Assembly (NCBI GenBank): GCA_963663035.1
Contig: OY760074.1
Location: forward strand, 384,001-448,000
Reading direction: 5' to 3'
From: Acidobacteriota bacterium
Lineage (GTDB): Bacteria > Acidobacteriota > UBA6911 > RPQK01 > JADFOI01
DNA length: 64,000 bases
The position numbers and the translations under genes were made by a program. The notes below the pieces were generated by a model. It searched no databases and was not told where the DNA came from. It saw nothing but the letters and a program-made list of their open reading frames with translations. Shown here one piece after another: positions 58,898 to 64,000 of this stretch. Each line of letters begins with the position of its first letter. Position 1 is the first letter of the stretch.

Positions 58898-60067
58898 TTG
58901 GGAGCGATCTCGATAAAACAATTGCTGGAGGCGGGCGTTCATTTTGGTCATCAGACTGGGCGCTGGAACCCGAAGATGAAGCCTTTCATCTTTGGGAAGC
59001 GCAGCGGTGTTCACATCATCGATCTCCAGAAAACCCTCCGGCTTTTCAAAGAAGCTGTCGAGTTTGTCACCAATATTGCCGCCCAGGGGAAGACAGTTCT
59101 CTTCGTCGGGACCAAGGGCCAGGCCCAGGAAACAGTCGAGGAAGAAGCGCGTCGCTGTGGGATGTATTGGGTGAACAATCGATGGTTAGGCGGATTGCTC
59201 ACCAACTTTCCCACTGTTCAGAAGAGCATCAAGCGTTACCGGGAACTGGAGTCCATGCGCGACAATGGATTTTACGAAAAGCTTTCAAAAAAGGAAGTTG
59301 CACGCCTTGAGCGTGAACGAAAAAAGCTGGAGAAGAATTTACTGGGGATCAAGGATATAGAGCAATGTCCCGATGTTCTGTTTGTGGTGGATTCAAGACA
59401 GGAAACCATAGCCGTCAAGGAGGCCGCCAAACTGAAGATTCCGATCATTGCCATCGTCGATACCAACAGTGACCCCGATTCGATCGACTACATCATTCCC
59501 GGCAATGACGATGCCTTGAGAGCCATCAAATTGTTTGCCGGAACCATGGCTGACGCCATCCTGGCAGGGAAGGCTCTCCATACGGCTCGCGTGGAAGCTG
59601 AAACGAAAGAAACCGATGACAAGGCCGCCAAGGAAGCAGCTCAGCGCCAAGCGGCCAAGGAGGCGAAAGAGGCTGTCCTGAAGGCTACCAGAGAGCGGGA
59701 TGAGGCCGAGGGGTTGGCGACTGCGACTGCTGAGGAGGAAAGTGGAGAGGTCAAGGAAACCGAATCAGGAGCGGTCGAGCCAGCTGTGGTCGTCGAAGAG
59801 GCAACAGACGAAGGGACAGCCCTCCCGGCCCGGGAAATGAAGAAGGAAGAGAAAGAAGAGGCGCCCAAGAAGAAAAAGGCACCAGCCAAAAAGGCGAAAG
59901 GTGAGGCGAAAAAGGCCAAATCGACTCAGGCGGCCAAAAAGACAGCTTCCAAAACCCGCAAGACTGCCTCTGCAAAGAGCAAGTCCACGAAGCCCCGGGG
60001 CAAGTCAAAGACCCCTACAAAGCCTGATTCTGAGGAACCTTCTGCTGCTTCCAGCTCTTCCAGCTGA
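58898..60067 (+). CDS. rpsB: 30S ribosomal protein S2 with long C-terminal extension
   Basis: [31 protein letters not shown]. Confidence 0.98.
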   Translation: MGAISIKQLLEAGVHFGHQTGRWNPKMKPFIFGKRSGVHIIDLQKTLRLFKEAVEFVTNIAAQGKTVLFVGTKGQAQETVEEEARRCGMYWVNNRWLGGLLTNFPTVQKSIKRYRELESMRDNGFYEKLSKKEVARLERERKKLEKNLLGIKDIEQCPDVLFVVDSRQETIAVKEAAKLKIPIIAIVDTNSDPDSIDYIIPGNDDALRAIKLFAGTMADAILAGKALHTARVEAETKETDDKAAKEAAQRQAAKEAKEAVLKATRERDEAEGLATATAEEESGEVKETESGAVEPAVVVEEATDEGTALPAREMKKEEKEEAPKKKKAPAKKAKGEAKKAKSTQAAKKTASKTRKTASAKSKSTKPRGKSKTPTKPDSEEPSAASSSSS

Positions 60068-60128
60068 GGCTGAACAAGGCCGATTCTTATAACCCCGCCA
60101 GCCGAAAAGACAGAGAAGGAGGACGTTA

Positions 60129-60722
60129 ATGGCTATTTCTGCGGAACAAGTAAAAGCACTTCGAGATCAGACTGGTGCTGGAATGATGGAGTGTAAGAAG
60201 GCCCTTGTGGAAGCCGACGGCGATTTCCAGAAAGCCGTTACCCTCCTTCGGGAACGGGGTTTGGCGGCAGCTTCGAAGAGAGCGGATCGCGAGACGAAAG
60301 AAGGAATCATCGGTCAGTATATCCATGCCGGGGGAAGGCTTGGTGTTTTGTTGGAGGTCGACTGCGAAACGGATTTTGTGGCCGGCACTGACGAATTTCA
60401 AGAACTGGTCCGCGATCTCGCGATGCAGATCGCCGCTTCCAGTCCGTCCTTTGTGCGGCGCGAAGATGTCAGTCAGGAAAACATCGAAAAGGAAAAGGAA
60501 ATCTACCAGAAGCAGGCACTGGCTGCTGGTAAACCTGAAAAGGTTGTAGAGAGAATAGTTGAAGGAAAGCTCAATAAATACTATTCTGAAGTCTGCCTGT
60601 ACGAGCAGCCGTTTATTAAAGATTCTGAAGTGACCGTTGAGGAATTGATAAAGTCCAAGATTGCCATCGTCAAAGAGAATATCTCTGTGAAACGGTTCGC
60701 TCGTTTTAAAGTCGGGGAATAA
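60129..60722 (+). CDS. tsf: Elongation factor Ts (short form)
   Basis: [26 protein letters not shown]. Confidence 0.98.
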   Translation: MAISAEQVKALRDQTGAGMMECKKALVEADGDFQKAVTLLRERGLAAASKRADRETKEGIIGQYIHAGGRLGVLLEVDCETDFVAGTDEFQELVRDLAMQIAASSPSFVRREDVSQENIEKEKEIYQKQALAAGKPEKVVERIVEGKLNKYYSEVCLYEQPFIKDSEVTVEELIKSKIAIVKENISVKRFARFKVGE

Positions 60723-60738
60723 ATAGGGGAAAAGGCAG

Positions 60739-61509
60739 ATGACTCGGGAAGCGGCTCACAAGGAAAAACCAGCTTCCGTGGAAGCTGTCGAAGTCCAAAA
60801 GCCTCGCTATTCGCGAATTCTCATAAAGCTCAGCGGAGAAGCCCTGATGGGCTTTCAAACATTTGGCGTGGATCCGGCAGTGATGGGGAAGATTGCCCGC
60901 CAGGTCGTGGAAGTTCATCAACTCGGGGTTGAAATCGCGATCGTCGTGGGAGGAGGAAATATCGTCCGAGGTGTCAAGGTGAGCGAAGCCGGTTTCGACC
61001 GAGCCACCGGGGATTATATGGGCATGTTGGCTACGATGATTAACGCCCTTGCACTGCAAAGCGCGCTGGAGAAAGAGGGCGTTTTTACTCGAGTTCTGAG
61101 TGCGATCCAGATGTCCGAGGTGGCCGAGCCGTTTATTCGACGCAGAGCCATTCGACACCTGGAGAAGAAGAGAGTGGTCATCTTGGCTGCCGGCACAGGT
61201 AATCCTTACTTCTCTACCGACACCGCCGCTGTTTTGAGAGCCATGGAGGTCCAGGCGGAGGTTATTTTGAAGGCGACCAAAGTGGATGGAGTTTTTGACA
61301 GCGATCCAGCGGAAAACGAAAACGCTAAGCTCTTGAAGAAGGTCACTTACTTTCAAGTCTTGGAGATGGGTCTGAAGGTCATGGATTCGACTGCCATTTC
61401 CCTGTGTATGGACCATGGGCTACCCATTGTCGTTTTCAACTTGCGGAAAGAAGGTAATATCAAGGAGGCAGTGCTGGGACGGGAAGTGGGATCAGTCATC
61501 ATGAACTAG
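60739..61509 (+). CDS. pyrH: UMP kinase
   Basis: [31 protein letters not shown]. Confidence 0.98.
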   Translation: MTREAAHKEKPASVEAVEVQKPRYSRILIKLSGEALMGFQTFGVDPAVMGKIARQVVEVHQLGVEIAIVVGGGNIVRGVKVSEAGFDRATGDYMGMLATMINALALQSALEKEGVFTRVLSAIQMSEVAEPFIRRRAIRHLEKKRVVILAAGTGNPYFSTDTAAVLRAMEVQAEVILKATKVDGVFDSDPAENENAKLLKKVTYFQVLEMGLKVMDSTAISLCMDHGLPIVVFNLRKEGNIKEAVLGREVGSVIMN

Positions 61510-61513
61510 CCCG

Positions 61514-62077
61514 ATGAAAGAGATTCAAGAAATTCTCACAGAAACCAAACATCGCATGCAAAAGACCCTCGAAGACCTGACGAGGGAGCTTTCCACAATT
61601 CGAACGGGACGAGCCTCGGTTCACCTTCTGGACCACGTGAGTGTGGACTACTATGGGACTCCAACTCCCGTCAACCAGCTGGCGACTCTGCATGCTCCAG
61701 AACCCAGCCTGATTACCATCCAGCCCTGGGACCTCTCCCAAATCGAGAGCATTGAAAAAGCCATTCTCACTTCCGATTTGAGTCTCAACCCCTCTAACGA
61801 TGGCAAGATCATTCGAATACCCATCCCGGCTCTGACCCAGGAAAGACGCGAATCCCTGGCCAAACAGGTTCGCAAAGCCGCTGAGGATCACCGAACTGCA
61901 CTCCGCAACATTCGTCGAGATGGCAATGAAAAGCTGAAAAAGTTACTGAAAGAGAAAGAGATCTCCGAGGATCTGGAACACCATGGACTGGATCAAGTCC
62001 AGGAGGCGACCGACAAGTACATCAAAGAGATTGACGAGCTGGCCAAGCAAAAGGAAAAGGAAATCATCGAAGTCTAG
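61514..62077 (+). CDS. frr: Ribosome recycling factor
   Basis: IRTGRAS, YYGTPTP, LNPSNDG, RNIRRD. Confidence 0.98.
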   Translation: MKEIQEILTETKHRMQKTLEDLTRELSTIRTGRASVHLLDHVSVDYYGTPTPVNQLATLHAPEPSLITIQPWDLSQIESIEKAILTSDLSLNPSNDGKIIRIPIPALTQERRESLAKQVRKAAEDHRTALRNIRRDGNEKLKKLLKEKEISEDLEHHGLDQVQEATDKYIKEIDELAKQKEKEIIEV

Positions 62078-62628
62078 CCCGGCAGGAAGACAGCGGCTGC
62101 CACAGCCGTCGTCCACAAACCCCCTTTGTCACCTACTGCGGACTGAGTAATGTTTGTTGTTTGGACGATTTTACCTGAGATCTTCCAGCGTTCTCTCTTC
62201 TCGTCCCAGTCTTGATCGGGATTGAACTCGACTCCCAGAATTGTCGCCAGCATCTCAGCAGCGACATCTTCCGAATACTCTCCGGCTTTTTCTTCTCTTT
62301 CTCCGAAACTGTGGTGTTCACTGAGGTATCCGTACAGGTTGGGATCCCTCGGCATGGCGACACCCACAGCTGCAGCTAGCAACCGATCGGGCTCGTTGGT
62401 GGCCACCTGGCTCATGACTGAAAAAACGACTTGACCAGGTTGGAGCTTCGCTAATCCCTGGCTCTTCGGTACGAGCTTACAGTGAGGGGGAAAGATGCTG
62501 GTAACCTGAACGAGATTGAAGGCCCCGATGCCAGCATCTCTCAGAGACATCTCGAAGCTGGTTAACTTTTCCCGATGTGTACCTCTGCCTCTTGTTAAAA
62601 AAATTTCCTTTGTAATCGATGCTGTCAA
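62074..62628 (-). CDS. pdaD: Pyruvoyl-dependent arginine decarboxylase
   Basis: SFEMSLRDAGI-x-x-FNLVQVTSIFPP (Thr-Ser self-cleavage site), YGYLSEHH; start set at TTG after an AAGGAG RBS. Confidence 0.88.
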   Translation of the reverse strand: MTASITKEIFLTRGRGTHREKLTSFEMSLRDAGIGAFNLVQVTSIFPPHCKLVPKSQGLAKLQPGQVVFSVMSQVATNEPDRLLAAAVGVAMPRDPNLYGYLSEHHSFGEREEKAGEYSEDVAAEMLATILGVEFNPDQDWDEKRERWKISGKIVQTTNITQSAVGDKGGLWTTAVAAAVFLPG

Positions 62629-62641
62629 CGCGAACTCCTTG

Positions 62642-62845
62642 CCCGCATTATGCATAGATTTTCTGCTACAGTGTCGCAATCATCCGCACTGACGGCGTTG
62701 TGCGACCCGCAAAGCGGGTACCCCTTGCGCTCCTCGACGTACTGCATGAGTACGTCTGCGGGGCGCGACCCGCAGGTACCCCTCACACGCCTTGTCATTG
62801 CGGCGCTTGCGCCACTTCGCTGCGAAAACCTATGCATAATGCGGG
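62642..62845 (+). mobile_element. MITE-like element family A, copy A4 (204 bp)
   Basis: TIRs CCCGCATTATGCATAGATTTTC and (rc) CCCGCATTATGCATAGGTTTTC; flanks CTTG/CTAG. Confidence 0.85.
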
Positions 62846-63026
62846 CTAGCCATTTCAATCTTCCGGAAACCGTGCACATTCTCGCCCATCAGCAAGCTGT
62901 CAACAAGGAAAATTTTTGGAGTCGCTGCAACAGCATTGATATGGCTCGAATAGACTCGGTTCTCTTTTTTTGTAAATATGTTGTCGGTTAGCGGAAGGGA
63001 GAAGGGGGCGCAAGATAGAGTCTCAG

Positions 63027-63617
63027 ATGGCAACTGAACAGGAGTTATTTCCCGATTCAAGGGTGGATTTGACCCAGGAAAAGGAGATGTCAGTGGATGC
63101 TCCCTCTCCGGGTCAACAAGTTCGTGGGTGGGTCAGAGATATTTCCCTTACCGCACTCGCCGCAATTCTCATAGTGATTTTTGTGGTGCAGCCGGTGAAG
63201 GTGGAAGGGACCAGTATGGAGCCGAGGTTCGAAGCACAAGATCGAATCCTTGTGAATAAGTTTGTCTATTATTTTTCAGAAGTTGAGCGAGGAGACATCG
63301 TAGTTTTCTGGTATCCGAAGGATCAGACAAAATCCTTTATCAAACGAGCCATTGGCCTTCCGGGGGAGACGGTTGAAATGCGATCGGGAGTGGTTTACCT
63401 GAATGGGGAAGAGCTATCGGAACCCTACCTCCCCACAGAATCTGACTACAGATCTTACCCTCTTCAGGTTGTCCCTCCTGATCACTACTTCGTTTTGGGG
63501 GACCATCGGACATCCAGTAACGACAGCCGGGACTGGGGTTTTGTCCCAGGACAGAACATCTTTGGCGAGGCGGTCTTTCGTTACTGGCCCCTCTCGAAGC
63601 TGGGATTGATCCGATGA
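63027..63617 (+). CDS. lepB: Signal peptidase I
   Basis: [35 protein letters not shown]. Confidence 0.95.
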   Translation: MATEQELFPDSRVDLTQEKEMSVDAPSPGQQVRGWVRDISLTALAAILIVIFVVQPVKVEGTSMEPRFEAQDRILVNKFVYYFSEVERGDIVVFWYPKDQTKSFIKRAIGLPGETVEMRSGVVYLNGEELSEPYLPTESDYRSYPLQVVPPDHYFVLGDHRTSSNDSRDWGFVPGQNIFGEAVFRYWPLSKLGLIR

Positions 63618-64000
63618 ACCAACGAAGAGCTGTCCTGTTCCTGGAAGATGGGAGACTGTTTGAAGGCCTTGGTTTTGGTGCCCAGCAGGAGTCTGTAGGA
63701 GAGGTGGTCTTCAATACCTCCATGACAGGTTACCAGGAGGTGTTAACCGATCCGTCTTACGCCGGCCAAATCGTCGTCATGACGTCGTCGGAGATTGGGA
63801 ACTACGGTGTGAACCCGGAGGACGAAGAGTCACACAGACCATTTGTGGAGGGCTTTGTTGTCCGTCAATGCAGCCCAACCTTCAGTAATTGGAGGGGGCA
63901 GGGAACTCTAGAGGACTACCTCCGGGAGAATTCTATTCCCGGAATTGCAGAGACCGACACACGTGCCTTGGTTCGCCACATCCGTGGGCAGGGAGCTATG
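63614..64000 (+). CDS. carA: Carbamoyl-phosphate synthase small subunit, 3'-truncated by window edge
   Basis: Hand translation [13 protein letters not shown]...[26 protein letters not shown]...IGNYGVN...[10 protein letters not shown]. Confidence 0.96.
   Translation, partial: MNQRRAVLFLEDGRLFEGLGFGAQQESVGEVVFNTSMTGYQEVLTDPSYAGQIVVMTSSEIGNYGVNPEDEESHRPFVEGFVVRQCSPTFSNWRGQGTLEDYLRENSIPGIAETDTRALVRHIRGQGAM

Noticed and set aside
62629-62679. N-terminal extension of PdaD in the ORF track
   Set aside because: Derived from MITE A4; AAGGAG plus TTG at 62628 is the plausible start.

Overview
Bacterial chromosomal window; gene content and order suggest an Acidobacteria-like organism (inference). Most of it is housekeeping: surE, acyP, apt, dgt, yceD-rpmF-fabD-fabG-acpP-fabF, HD-7TM/ybeY/CNNM/ribD, thiE, accBC, pilNOPQ-like genes, rplM-rpsI-rpsB-tsf-pyrH-frr, pdaD, lepB, carA (partial) and two tRNAs. 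An ~11 kb minus-strand respiratory cluster encodes an A1-type heme-copper oxidase, a Rieske/split cytochrome b complex, an octaheme cytochrome c and a cupredoxin-like lipoprotein. It is faced by a convergent operon encoding a PHPT1/Janus-like protein, a 2x[4Fe-4S] ferredoxin and a HEAT protein. Mobile DNA includes three near-identical 1267-bp IS3-family copies (two inverted around a YD/Rhs fragment), an IS481 element disrupted by an IS1380 remnant, and at least eight short non-coding inverted-repeat elements in three families. Two of these families share a covarying central hairpin, and one matches the IS1380 end. Two small ORFs missed by the ORF track were found by hand: a 20-aa leader peptide with attenuator-like alternative hairpins ahead of a heterodimeric ABC exporter, and a 56-aa membrane-anchored zinc-ribbon protein ahead of the oxidase operon. 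All homology calls come from motifs recognised by eye; no database search was run.
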